Below, one piece after another: positions 40,486 through 55,466 of a stretch of 64,000 bases of DNA (positions within the stretch are counted from its first letter, which is position 1; each line of letters begins with the position of its first letter). Under the pieces are notes generated by a model. The model did not search any database. It was not told the origin of the DNA and worked only from the letters and a program-made list of their open reading frames with translations. The position numbers and the translations under genes are program-made. The stretch covers positions 132,804,001 to 132,868,000 of the forward strand of contig OX597814.1 in NCBI GenBank assembly GCA_951406725.2. The letters are read 5' to 3'. Source of the DNA: Octopus vulgaris (Eukaryota).

Positions 40486-43465
40486 TATCATTACCCTTAT
40501 TGTTGTTGCTGATGTTATCCTTTTCGTTTTATATTATTAATTATTTAATTAATTCCATTTCCTCTTCTTTTTTTCCTTTTCTTTTACATCACTATTACTA
40601 TTTTCTTTATTCATCTTCTTTCATTCTACCTCTTCTATTTTCAGCCACTTTCAATTTCTTTTTTACTTTCCTACAGTATTCCTCAAATTCTCTTTTAGGA
40701 ACATAATCATCATTATCATGATCATAATAACCCTCGCCCAAATCATCATCATCATCATCGTCGTCGTCGTCGTCGTCGTTGTCATCGCTGTCATCAGCTA
40801 CGCGATCTTTTTCGTTTTTATTTCCTATATTCTATTTCCTTAACAACTAATAATTGTTAAAAAAAAATTGTTAAAGTTCACATTTATAATGTAAGAGCAT
40901 AATCGATTTCATTGATTTGAGTAACATGATTGATATTTGTTCTATCGATCACCAAGGCTTGAAAGCAACGTTGTCTCAGTTAGGTTTTAAACGAAATTCT
41001 GAGGTTTTCTGTTTTTTTTGTATTTTAATTCAATTAAACATATACGTGTGCGCATGTGTGCTGTCACGTGTGTGTGTCTGTGTGTCTGTGTGTGTGTCTG
41101 TGTGTGTGTCTGTGTGTGTGTCTGTGTGTGTGTCTGTGTGTGTGTTGTGATTAGCACCGAGATAACCCTGATCAAGCAGAATATATATATGAAGAAATTC
41201 CTAGGAGGGTTTCTAGGAATACATCTTTATTTCGTGACGCTATCAAATGTTTTCCCCTTCTTCTACTTGAGTTTATGTATTCTCCCGTGTCATTCATACA
41301 AAGGAAAAACAATATTTTGTGAGCAAGTTTATAAGGAAGAGAAACTTCTCTTGTCATGACAAAGCAGCAGAGGATTTCAAACGATGTCCCATTTCAGGTT
41401 GTCCATCATGCTAAGATTGTAGTATTATTTGAGGAAGATTTGACTGGTATTTCTAGCACCTTGATCAGCCACATAAAGATTCTTTTTTGTAGTAATATGT
41501 CTATAATTTAATTATGGGACTATAAGTGATAATTTAGAAAGGTATTATAGTGACAGCAATGGGAACCCTTTGGATCAACTATGTGGCAATTCGTGTAAAG
41601 CCGTGGCTTATCACTTCATTACTAAAAACCAGGGGAGATAAAAATAGAACCATTTCAACAAATAATCGATAACGATTGTATTCAACATATTACTTATTAA
41701 AGGTTTACGGAACATGATGGTTGAAGAAGGAAGAGAGCCAAAATGTTTCAAACGCATGATATTTGTAGTCTCTAGCGTGTCTGTCTGCGTAAAACAGCAG
41801 CGACAAATAGAAACAACCCTGGTATCAACAGGAATAATAACTAATAGCAACAACAGCAAAACAAATATCATGAAAGACGGTTTGTTGAAGATTTGAATGC
41901 TACCCTAGACCCATGCAGGGTTCTGTGAAGAAAAAGTGCTCGGTCTAAAAACCGTTCAGAATCACTCACACTTTTCTCGCTATACGACTGGTATTGAATG
42001 TGTTTCCTGAATTGACGAACTGCAATGTGTTATCCAGATCGGATTTACATACAGAACCCATTAGATTAACTAGTTGAAGACATTGTACGATATCCATAAG
42101 TGAAGGTGCTTGCGTACTGTGACCAAAATATGAAATCTGTGCAGTCACGCTAGATAAGTTATTTGAATAGTAACTTTGGTTAACATTTGACAGCCAAAGA
42201 CAATGTACTTGTTTCTTTCTATTCTCCGCATCTTTTGAGGTTCTCAATAAAGCGCTGACATCTGGAACAGTGTTTTGAAAACAAATCATTACAAGTCACA
42301 TCCAAAGAAATTCTACCAAGTGATTGGTATGAAATCGTTAAACAATCACCGACGTGCAGACCACAGACATTTAGTCTCTTCTCTCTGACTTCCCCACCAC
42401 TATTAGGGTGTCTAAGAGTGCCTGAGAAATGCCTTGTTGACACACCCATTTTCTCAAGACAAATTCAACGAAGTATAAAAAAAAAATACTTCATAATATG
42501 TTCCTAAGTCTTTTCTGGACTGAAAACCATAACACTGTACCGCAGTAACAAACCCTTTTAATTCTTGTTTCTTGGCCATTGCATTTTGTTTTCATTTTCA
42601 GGAATAGTTTTGTAGAGGATTTTCTTGGCATCGTTTTAAACCTATATTTCACTTATCTTTTAAACATGTCTCTATTAGTGGAGTTTCCAAGCGTCCTCTC
42701 ATTTTAGACTAATACGAAAGTTTTACATCTTGGCACCACATTTAAAGGCAGGAAACTAAGGCGCAACTTTGTCGTGAATGGACAAAGCATGGGAAATCAA
42801 GGAGCTAGGCGTCATGAGCTCATATTCTCCAATAAAGTTACAATATTTAAACAATTCTAACGACTGGTTTGATGGTTCGACCTGAACATATAATTATTTG
42901 CTGTCAAATGAAAATATGTAGTCATAATTATTTTAACTCTAGAAAGTACCATGTTTATGATATATTAGTAAACACTTTAATATATTTTTAAAACGTTTAC
43001 GAAACAAAAACAAAACATTAATTATAGAATATATTTTATATAATATACATGAAACCTAAAAATCACAACTTCAAATCAGTAGAATGCAAACAGTCAATAT
43101 TTAAAGAAGACTAAGATTAAATGTATTAAATAATTTCATAAATCGTGAAATTAATTTTAAAATTAATATTAATGGTACAAATTTACGTCAGATGAGGCAC
43201 ATGTAGAAACATGTAGGTATTAGTTTCGCATTTTTAAAGTTTTAAATGAACATGCCTTTGTTTAAGATTGAAGATATCCTTTGTACAGGGTAGCGTAGTC
43301 TAAACTGGAAATAATTCCTAACCTTTATCAATCTATCTTTGGTTGCAAGGATCTTACATAATCAGTATCGTTTCATTAGCTTTAACCAAAATGCTTGACT
43401 AACAGACGCTCCTCTTGAATAGCAGATGAGGTCTAAGGCATCATTCGTTGACGGTATTCACTCCT

Positions 43466-43699
43466 GGCGAGCTGGCAGAAACGTTAGCACGCCGGGCGAA
43501 ATTCTTAGCGGTATTTCGTCTGCTGCTACGTTCTGAGTTCAAATTCCGCCGAGGTCGAATTTGCCTTTCATCCTTTCGGGGTCGATAAATTAAGTACCAG
43601 TTACGCACTGGGGTCGATATAATTGACTTAATCCGTTTGTCTGTCCTTGTTTGTCCTCTCTGTGTTTAGCCCCTTGTGCGTAGTAAAGAAATAGGTATT
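43466..43699 (+). mobile_element. Young SINE family A copy with 15-bp target-site duplication
   Basis: GGTATTCACTCCTGG at 43453-43467 and 43694-43708 flanks a full copy with a B-box-like GAGTTCAAATTCC. Confidence 0.95.
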
Positions 43700-44640
43700 C
43701 ACTCCTGGTACCTGTCTTGTGATAGATTACTTTCGTCTTCAGATCAACATTAGCGTTAATAATATGAAACTCAATGAATTGAATCTACATCACGACCTCT
43801 TTTGTATGGGTTTTTAAGTGAAATAGGTTTGCAGGGGCAGCTGTAATTTCTTCGATATAGTGTAGAGCTTCTATATTCACCTTGAAACTGTATCACTTCC
43901 TCTTAATTATACAAGCTCAGGTGTTGTCTGAGGAAACATAATCACAGCCATTGTTTTGCATTTTACCATTTCTAAGCTTGTGTATTCGATTTCCAGTTTA
44001 GCATGACATCCAGAAACCTGCATCTGTGGTTCAGTGTTTCTGTGTTTCTGTGTACTACACACTTTGTGTCTCCGTTTTACAGTTTCAAAGAAACTAATAT
44101 TTGCGGCAGGAAAGCCTACACGCGTATAAGTATCCGCCTCCTCATTATTGCCTTGTACCCGCGGAGGGTCATTTCCAGAGTTGACTCGACTACTCCCTTC
44201 AAACCAGTCAAACAAGTGATACTTAACTCAAAATAGAGAATTCCGAACATTACTCAATAACCCATCCTCCTAAATAACGCTCAGTCTATTCACTGGGATC
44301 AAGTGCGGTCTATAGATCATCTTCCCTCAATGCTTAGCAGGCCCTTTCACTTGAACCATCCTTTCCACTCTAATCTACCTTTCGACAAATTTTCTGGAAA
44401 AGAGTACTTCACTCTTCTACCCTTTCTTTCTTTTATAAACGAGTCCTCAAATACTTGATGGCTTGCCGAAAAAAAAGGTATCTGTTTTCAGCCCTTTCAA
44501 TTTGGTCCACCACACAAGCTCTTTCACTGATGTCACTAGACAGATAAAGATATTTTGTCCTTCCCGATCAAAGAAAGGACTCAAGCGATAGCCAGATCCG
44601 TCATACATGAAACATCAATGTTCGACATAACTCCACAACT

Positions 44641-45055
44641 CAGGAGTGGCTGTGTGGTAAGTAGCTTGCTTACCAACCACATGGTCCTGGATTCAGTCCC
44701 ACTGCGTGGCACTTTGGGCAAGTATCTTCTACTATAATCTCGAGCTGACCAAAGCTTTGTGAGTGGATTTGGTAGACAGAAACTGGAAGAAGCCCGTCTT
44801 ATATGTATATATATGCGTGTGTGTGTGTGTGTGTGTCTGTCTGTCTGTGTGTCTGTGTTTGTTCTCCTAACATCGCTTGACAACCGACACTGGTGTGTTT
44901 ACATTCCCGTAATTTAGAGGTTCGGCTAAAGAGACCGATAGAATAATTACTAGGCTTACTAAGAATAAGCTTTGGAGTCGATTTGCTCGACCAAAGGCGG
45001 TGCTCCAGCATGGCAGCAGTCAAAATGACAGATACAAGTAAAAAATAAAAGAATA
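44641..45055 (+). mobile_element. SINE family B, full length
   Basis: CAGGAGTGGCTGTGTGGTAAGTAGC..GATTCAGTCCC (A/B-box-like)..GGCGGTGCTCCAGCATGGC. Confidence 0.92.
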
Positions 45056-45059
45056 ATAG

Positions 45060-46300
45060 AAAAACTCAGAAACGCTCTGGTAATGGACAAATGTATGGGG
45101 AAAAGTTTCGTCGCTCAGCGTGCATCTCAGGCAGGCCCATCTGGCGACAATTCTAAGCTTTTAGATCTTATATCGAACCGGCAATATCTCTCAATAGCAC
45201 TGGGTCAAGTAATGAGGTCATACGATAATATATGATGGGGGGTGTATAAGTGTGCACTACCTCGGCTTCATCTATTAGAAAGGGCTCTATCTTGGTCTGT
45301 TTCCGAAAGAGATTGATTGCCCTACTAGTCACCTCGTCTCAGTACTTGTTCTTTTGGAGGTTTGCACCTAAAGAATTTAATTGGTCGGTTCATCCAGCGC
45401 CCCACAGTATTGTCGAACGGTATGAATCCGCAAAAATGTATCGCTGTATATTGCGGCGGCCCAGCTCTGGAACACGGGACCAAAACATTCCTCCGCGTGA
45501 ACAGCTGTCAGATATTAGTGGCGTGGCCGAACCTTTCGCAAGCTATTTATCGATTTAAGTTGGTTACCGTCCCATGATGTATCGCATAGTGAATATATCT
45601 CCATGTTTGTGCATCACCAATTAGAGCATCGACGACATGCGCCAATGTCTTTGCCAAATGTTAAAAATTTTGAAATCTGCACTTAGAATTATGAAACGAA
45701 AAATTACTAATGTGGTCACTTTTATTTGGGTCCTTTCTCAGCAGCGTTGCCGTTTTTCAATTCACAGAACTTGGAATTCTCCCGTTATATAGCCAGTTGC
45801 ATTATGTAGCGAGTTGCCCAAAGGTCTCCGAACAAGTCTAATATTTACAAATTAACCTTGTAGATTTTATACCGAACCGCTACTGCCACCAACCCAGAAG
45901 TACCGCCAGGGTAGAGATTTCTGGAAATTTTCCATAGATCTCTGCGCGAATGTCTTCCGAGAAAGACTAACCAGTTGATTTACTCTGAACATCAGTGTCT
46001 CCCCTAGGCTGCCGTCACTCTCACCCAACACTGTAATGGAACATACACCAACAGCACTGCCCGATTATCTTTTTATATTTCATCGGCTGGTATCAGTCTT
46101 TCGCAGCAACTTGCACCTTCTGCTGAGAGACACAGCAACTCGTCGAAGGAGGTGATAGAATAAACCCTAATGCGAAAGACAACTGATAAGTGGCACAAAT
46201 CTTCTCCTCTCAACCCGTCAAAACCGAATTCTCGGTTTGTTTCCAACTTAACCCTCTTCTGCCAGAACTTATTGAAGGAATTCCACACATTCATGTCTTA
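45060..46300 (-). mobile_element. Old, decayed Tx1/L1-clade reverse transcriptase fragment
   Basis: Minus strand: DLFGDL..CNWLYNGRIPS..TLLRKDPNKSDHISNF/R.I..ADFKI..LAKTLAHVVDALIGDAQT..YLTAV....FGPVFQSWAAAIYS (RT domains 1-3 of L1/Tx1), with many stops and frameshifts. Boundaries are approximate. Confidence 0.8.
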
Positions 46301-47753
46301 AAGCATGTGACCTATCTCTGACAAAGCGGCAACTTTTGTGTTTCACCTTTAATACCAACGTCTTAATGCCATTTTTTTTTTTTTTTTTTAGTTTGATATA
46401 ATGTGTTCATTTTAATTTCACTAGCAACCTATAATTTGAATGGTATTTACATTCTGACCTTAGTCGTTATTGGGTCGTCTTAACTCGAGAGACCACCACG
46501 TCGGATGCGAAATTTTCTGTATTAACTGTTTGCTTTATTTTCGAAGTACGGTAAAGCTTATTACATCTGTATTCTCTGCATTCTATTCGTTAATTTCTTG
46601 AGGAGGAATTTCATTGTACTTTAGAAAAAACTATCCCCATTTCCTTGTTTTCTTTGTTAGAGATAAAGTCACCAAATTTGTTGTTTGTTTGTCTTTATTA
46701 TTTTTTTTTATGTATATGCGCAACAAATACATCTTATACACACGGAAATGCACACGGGATTACACACGGTAAAATATGTGAAAACGCCTTCAGTCATTTC
46801 AAGTCAATAAGATTCATTCCAGACAATGCTCTATCTTTTGATGCACCTGAAGCTTTGGTTATGATACCCACACACCTGTTCTAGTCAGCGATGACTTGCT
46901 TCTAAACCTTACGACAATTCTCCTTAATATAATAAACATTCGCCGCATTTACACAATGTTTAGACTTGAATTTCGTGCATGAGCAGAGATGGACATATTT
47001 TAACGGCACAAAACCACTGTTACTGAAATAATTTTGCACCAAAACTTTACTTTTTACAACCAAATACCTACAAATGCCATGTTATAACATTTCCTATATA
47101 ATATCAGTTAGAATTTACAGATCATCGACAAACTTGCGATGGTCTTTTTTTTTCTTTCTAAAAAGCCAGCAAATTATCAAGCCCAGACAATTTACTGATA
47201 ATTTACTGTTCATTGCAGAAACTAATGTAAGACACACATTCGTTATTGCTCATAATTATAGTGCTGCTACAAAAACAGTTATGTAGACGCCTGGCGTACA
47301 CCGAAGCAAACACATTAAGCTGATTGATATAATTTCACAAATAGACCGAAAAATATAGGCAGACAGACGCTCTGTTTCTAATAACTACTTTTGCTACTTA
47401 ATGTATTAATTACTATAACGAAGTCATCTGTTTCATTTCACCAGAGATTTCCATTACTTCTCTACACTGACTCGCCAAAATATTTTGCGTTTGGCAAACG
47501 AATTCAAAATTTCTGCTTATAATTTTCTTGTTTTAGAAATACATTCATAATTTTAATTTTTGTAATACATATTCTAACGCACAACCATTTTCTCCACCTT
47601 CACTTCTACCCCCTTTTTCTCCTCTTGTTCTTTCTTTCGTTCTCTCGTTCCCTCATTTCTCCTCCTCCTAATTTTCATTCTCATTCTCATGTTTCTTATT
47701 CTTCTATTTCTTTTCGTCATCATCTGTATTGTCGAATGATAAAACAGTTAGAA

Positions 47754-48142
47754 CACCTTACCTAATATCTGATTTCAAATTTTGGCACAAAGCCAGCACT
47801 TTTGAGATAGAAGTTATGTGCTCAACTGGTACTTAATCAGTCTACTCTGAAAGGGATGAGAGGCAAATTCGACCTCGGTGGAATTTGAACCTGGTAAGCT
47901 GAAGGCGGCGTGCCAACTCACCGCCTTCACCTTACCTAATATTTGTTTACAATTTCGGTACCAAGCCAGCAATTTCGGAGGAGAGACTAAGTCGATTACA
48001 TCGACACTAGTGCTCAGCTGAGACTTAATTTATCGACCTTGAAAGGGTTGAAAAGCAAAATCCATTTCGAAAATTTGAACTCAGAATGTAAGGACAGACG
48101 AAATGCCACGAAGCATTTTGCCTGATTTGTCACCTTACCTAA
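47754..48142 (-). mobile_element. Two tandem SINE family A copies delimited by three CACCTTACCTAA repeats
   Basis: Repeats at 47754, 47928 and 48131, with SINE bodies between them. Confidence 0.8.
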
Positions 48143-49274
48143 GTACACTGTGCTCAAATCTCACCGAATATCTTTTCAGCTTTTCTGAGTTTTATCGAGA
48201 ACCAGCTGAGTGCTGCTGTCTATTTAATCGATTTCATCCATGTAATAAATCGTTAGCATCATGTTTATTATTGAATTTCAGTTATTATAATATTTGTTTT
48301 CTCTAGCGTAAATGTGTTTATTCTGATGTTGCATAATCAAGATGGTTTAGATTTCTTTCCTCACCCCCACTTTGCAGCAGAAATAGATTTGAAATATGTC
48401 TTCTTTCTCCCTTTATAAGCGCAGAAAAGAAATACAAATTTCTTGTGTATTGGGAATAATTCCTAAATAGAAATATTAACTGCAACACTTGCGACAACGT
48501 TAGCGAATGCTAAAATGAAAAACTGTTATTTAAATGATTCGGACATACATCAACAAGGAGCAAGGAAAACACCAACTTGAGTAGTTGTACTATAGAATAT
48601 ACATTTACGCTCATCCAGACCTTCACTTTTACGGAAAACCAAGGTAAAGATAAGGGGTGCGCCAGTAAAAAGACAGTGAAAACATTATTCTAACAAGATA
48701 TGAATCAAGATAGCCCCATTCCCACTCCTACAAACTAAAATAAAAATGAGTGACATTCAGGACTCTGTCACATGCCATTAAAAACGACTCTTCTTTGTAT
48801 ATTTGGTCAATGAATAAGCGATCAGTAAGACACTAGATTCCTGTTCAGTAGCAATTTTGTTCCCACTTTTTCTTACCTGTAGTCATATCTTAAAGAGATG
48901 TTTATTTTTTTAACTTTTAGACGGAGAGATGCATGTGAAAATATGTAATATGATAGCCAAAGAGCATAAATTTTGTTTGAAGACAAATTTTTTCTTCTTC
49001 GAAAGGATGTGGCGGGAAAGTAAGCAGGATATGCAGGTCTTCTGTAAATTTTATGAAAGGTAGGTCATGAAGCAACATGATGCTTAAAGTGCCCAGGCAT
49101 TAATTATCTTTCTACAGAAATATTTCGTAAGAAAAAATCGTGTTTAGAAATCCTTAAAATTTTGTGTTTAAATGCCAATTATATTGACTTAACCTTTTGT
49201 AATTCTGTAGTAGGTTAAATGAATGCGAGCAATATTTATGAATCAGTACATCAATCGATCTATTGATCGATCGT

Positions 49275-49337
<63 letters not shown>

Positions 49338-49400
49338 GTAGATCGATAGACAGGTAGATAGATAGATAGATAAATAGGTAGGTAGGTAGGTAGGTAGGTT

Positions 49401-49433
<33 letters not shown>

Positions 49434-49506
49434 GTAGGTAGGTAGGTAGGTAGGTAGGTAGGTAGGTAGGTAGGTAGCTAGCTACCTACCTACCTACCTA
49501 CCTAGC

Positions 49507-49574
<68 letters not shown>
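49275..49574. repeat. (GATA)n/(GGTA)n microsatellite containing a 50-bp perfect palindrome (49455-49504)
   Basis: Directly visible. Confidence 0.95.
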
Positions 49575-50474
49575 CAAGTTTCTTTATTGGCCACACAGGG
49601 CTGCACACAGATGGGACAAGTTACAAGGTACAGCTTTTCTTTTGGGGGATGAAAAAAAGGTGGCGTAGGTTTTCGATCAAAAGGGATCGTAAAAGGGGGA
49701 AAAAAAGGAAACGAAAAAAAGAAAAAGGGAAAAGGAACAAAAGAAAAGAAAAATGAAAAAAGAAGAAAAAAGAGGAAAAAAGGGAAGAGGAAAAAAAACG
49801 ATCAATAGGGATCGTGTATCACAGTGCCATGATGTATGGTGTAAAGGGGAAAGCAAGTAAGGTTTATCCGTGGGAAGAAAAGCCTACGAAAAAGACCACG
49901 GTAACCTTGGTCAATATTGTTATATGTTACCACATTTGTTTGCAAGTGGGTAACCCTCTGTTTTCAATTTCTGGGTTCATAGGATCATGCTCAAGGTGGC
50001 TTCGTCATTCATACGTGCCATCCTTGCTACATTCACCCATCTTTTTTTAAAACGTTCGCTAGACAAAACGTGCCTCTCTACTCTCACTTTCCTTTTCAAG
50101 TGGTACTTGAAGAAGTTGATGAGAGGTTGATCAGAGAGGAAAGTGTTTGTCTCCAATCCTTTCAGACTCGTCCACCAGATACATTCTTTCGCCATACACA
50201 CAAGGATGATGAAAATAGCTCTTCCTTCCCGTTTGAAGGAAGGAGGCGTGACAATATTGACGATAGACTCAGCTGATAAACCGACTCGTCCCACACGTGA
50301 CAGCAGTTGTTCGACATAAGCCCACAGGTCGGAAATTGTTGGACACTGCACGAATGCGTGCAGAACGGTTTCGTCGCTCTGACCGCATCTCGGGCAGGTC
50401 GGCCCCGTGTTTCTCGAGCCGTGTCTGTAGAGCTTATCCCGAACGGGTAGCGCTTCTCGGTAGCACTGCCAGAG
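49575..50474 (-). mobile_element. Young 5'-truncated Tx1/L1-clade LINE (ORF2 C-terminal CCHC/zf-RVT region + 3' UTR) inside a (GATA)n array
   Basis: Open frame 50471-49977: WQCYREALPVRDKLYRHG..TCPRCGQSDETVLHAFVQCP..LW..MAKECIWW..F..RW. The 3' end is AATAAAGAAACTTG followed by (TCTA)n, and (TCTA)n also lies at the 5' junction. Confidence 0.92.
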
Positions 50475-50552
<78 letters not shown>

Positions 50553-50567
50553 GTAGGTAGGTAGGTA

Positions 50568-50615
<48 letters not shown>

Positions 50616-50619
50616 TATA

Positions 50620-50860
50620 CTTTATTTTAAGCAGCAGAAAATTCAACAAAATCTGTTACTCTGATGTTGAGATTAGCGAATTTGTTGTCTCGGATGTGTT
50701 CAGGGAATTGGTCGGCTAAGCAGTGTCTCGTTTGGCCAGTGTACAGAGTAACAGATTTTGTTGAATTTTCTGCTGCTTAAAATAAAGCATATTACTCTAC
50801 CACTGGTATTTGAGTACTCTTTTTTCCACCTTGTTTCACATTTATATGTTTACTCCGGTA
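50620..50860. mobile_element. PLE-type terminal fragment with a 44-bp inverted copy enclosing an 80-bp duplicated segment
   Basis: 50620-50663 is the exact reverse complement of 50744-50787. The loop 50664-50743 matches 50977-51056 with 1 mismatch. The right part ends in (TA)n. PLE identity is inferred. Confidence 0.7.
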
Positions 50861-50869
50861 TATATAGAT

Positions 50870-51160
<291 letters not shown>

Positions 51161-52383
51161 TAACCCTACTTTTCATCCGTTATCACTTTGTCCAATGTCA
51201 TCGCGTCCACGTATTTGGTCCGACGTCTTTTTGTCCGATAATTTTTTGTCCAACGACTTTTTGTCTAATTTTAAATAAACTCTTTAGAAAACTCATTGAG
51301 AGATTTATTGATAGGATTCAAGTAAAATACTTGAAGAAGAGTAGAGGTGTCGGGTTGAGGATCCAGGGAAAATCGAAAATGTGCTTCAGCGCAAGAAGAC
51401 CTTGGTTGTGCGTGATTACAGTGTATAATGATCGACTGTTCTCCAACAAATTTCTAATCTTATACATATGTAAGAAATTACTGAGGGTGGGAGATTTGTT
51501 AGATCGTCGGACAAAATACGATGAGATGTTTTATACCACTTTTCACTTTCTGAGCTCAAATCCCTTCGACGTCAACTTTTCTTTCGTACATTTCGGCCAA
51601 TAAATCAGAGTACCGCTAGCCTTGTGCATCGTTATACTATTGAAGATGGTTAATAGGAAGAATGTTACAACGTCGGGTAATATGCGTTGCATCAATGAGT
51701 TAGTATATTTTATATTCTGAATTCAAAACCTGTCCTTCTTCCTTCGGGGTCGATAAAAAGTGGCCGTCAATAGACGATTTATTTTAATGAATAATTCCTT
51801 CTTCAGTTAAACTAGTATTTCATGTATGTTAGGAAATATTTCTGGACTAAATCCTTGGTCTGTGACAATCGCATATTTTGTATACTACCTATATTTCTGT
51901 CTCATCCCTCTTCTCTCATTTTATTCCCCTTATCGTCTTCTGTACATTCACACACAAATTATCAACTGTCGTTTTAATGTACTCAATAGAACAAAAAAAT
52001 CATTGGCATTTAGTTATATCTTCAGACATCCTGAATTCAAATACCGCCTATGTTGAATTTACATTTCGTCAATCTGCGTTCGATCAATCTAATCATATTT
52101 GATATTCTACAAACAATTTATTTACTTGTTACCGAAACAAAAGCCATCAATCTTTTTAGATTCCAGACATTATAATTTTCTACTCGGATCAATTCAACCA
52201 AACTGTATAGCCTCAATTGAAGATTGTGGATTTGAGCCAAACTTGGTAATCATTATGAGTATCTTCTTACTTTATTTGAGATAACATTGTCAATATTTTC
52301 GGATACTTATTTCCATGTCTTAACATTTCTATATGTATATGGCGTATGTGTGATTCTACATATATATATATATATATATTAAA

Positions 52384-52588
52384 AATGTGGCCGCGTGTGT
52401 ACCGTTGGCGATTTTTTTTCCTCTGTCTTCCCTTCTCTGGATGTTTCCTTCTCCTATATTTCCAACGAAGAGCTCCGCTCGAAACGTTACACCCTCCTTC
52501 TTTCCTTCTTTCCTGAGCGTTCAATAATACTATATTTGTTCCACGTCCTCGCGTTGTTGTGTTTTTTTGTGCTTTCTTGTTTGGATTA

Positions 52589-52592
<4 letters not shown>
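52384..52592 (+). mobile_element. PLE-type terminal repeat (pLTR) between (TA)n tracts; inverted homolog at 54149-54355
   Basis: Sequence homology to the reverse complement of 54149-54355. Contains a mutated hammerhead core (CCAACGA-A-GAGCTCCGCTC-GAAACGTT). Confidence 0.75.
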
Positions 52593-52642
<50 letters not shown>

Positions 52643-52659
52643 TATATACACATATATAT

Positions 52660-52740
<81 letters not shown>

Positions 52741-52744
52741 ATAT

Positions 52745-53140
52745 ATTCTTTCATTCTTCTTTTATTGGTTTCAGTCATATGACTGCGGCCATGCTGGAGC
52801 ACCGCCCTTAGTCAAACGAATCAACCCCAGGACTTATTCTTCGTAAGCTTAATACTTATTTTATCGGTTGCTTTTGCCGAAACGCCAGGTGACGTGTACG
52901 TAAACACACCAGCATTGGTTGTCAAGCGATGCTGGTGAGATAAACACAGACACACACACACATATATATATCTATATATGACGGGCTTCTTTCAGTTTCC
53001 GTCTACTAAATCCAATCACAAGGCTTTGGTCGACCCGAGGCTGTAGTAGAAGACATTTGCCCAAGGTGCCACGCAGTGGGACTGAACCTGAAACTATGTG
53101 GTTGGTAAGCAATCTACTTACCACACATCGACTCCTGTGC
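52745..53140 (-). mobile_element. SINE family B, full length
   Basis: Reverse complement of the 63203-63608 type. Confidence 0.92.
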
Positions 53141-53153
53141 AATTATATATATT

Positions 53154-53200
<47 letters not shown>

Positions 53201-53287
53201 TATCATATCATATCATATAAACAATATATATATGTATATTTACACACATGTGTGTACATACCTGCATATATATATATTATATAAATA

Positions 53288-53978
53288 TGTATATACACAT
53301 GTATATACGGGTACAGGACGTCAAAAAAACGTGAACAACATGAAAAACGAGAATATGAAAAAACTAAAACATGGAAAACGAACTTTTTTTTCGAACAACG
53401 AAAGAAACAAATAGGGAGACGAGACAATCAAATTAAAGAACAGCCCCTTCATCAGTTGTCTTCTGTCTTATCAACTCCGCGTTTCGAACGTTTGAGACAA
53501 GACGCGTTTTCGTTAAAACAGTTGTACTTGCAAAGCAAATTAAATAAAATTTTGGATTTGCAGAGGATTAAAGTGGTAACAAAAACAAGACAGTAAGAAC
53601 AGAACAGTAAAAACAAACGGTAAGAGCGGTTAGTCCATAATGAGATGAAGTGGTGAACGCTGTAGAAACAAGCTTTGACAGGAGACAGGCAAAAATGTGT
53701 ATTGTCTCTTGTAGCGCAAGGTGAAGAAAGAAAGATAGCCGCTGGTCACGTGTGACCAACGAGAGAGTCAAGGAGGAAGGTTGAGGGAGAGAGAATGAGA
53801 GAGAGGGAGAGATAGAAAACGGTAAAGGGGAGGAGAAAAATTAAAGAAAGAGTGGCAGAGAAAAACAGAAAGAAGAGGAGAGAGAGAATAGAGATAGTGA
53901 TACGAAAGTGTTAGAAGTGTTGCATCAGAATTATTAAGATAAAACATAATTGGAAATGGATGCGTGGCGTTCGATCAT
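53288..53978 (-). mobile_element. Probable PLE-type 3' region between (TA)n tracts
   Basis: T-rich tail on the minus strand ending at TA-rich repeats, with CTGATGA and CGAAAC motifs. No coding evidence. Confidence 0.4.
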
Positions 53979-53984
53979 ATAATA

Positions 53985-55190
<1,206 letters not shown>

Positions 55191-55383
55191 GGTGTGGGTG
55201 TATGTGAATCCACAGGCACACACACACACACTGACGCACGCCTGCAATACAGCCAACCCTATATGCATGCATGTATGTATGTATGTATGTATGTATGTAT
55301 GTATGTATGTGCGTGTGTGTGCATGTATGTATGTATGTGAGTGTGTATGTATGTATGTGTGAGTGTGTATGTGTGTATGTATG

Positions 55384-55466
<83 letters not shown>

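Noticed and set aside
53430-53495. Hammerhead from minus-strand CGAAAC...CTGATGA motifs
   Set aside because: I could not build a convincing stem I or stem II in any permutation.
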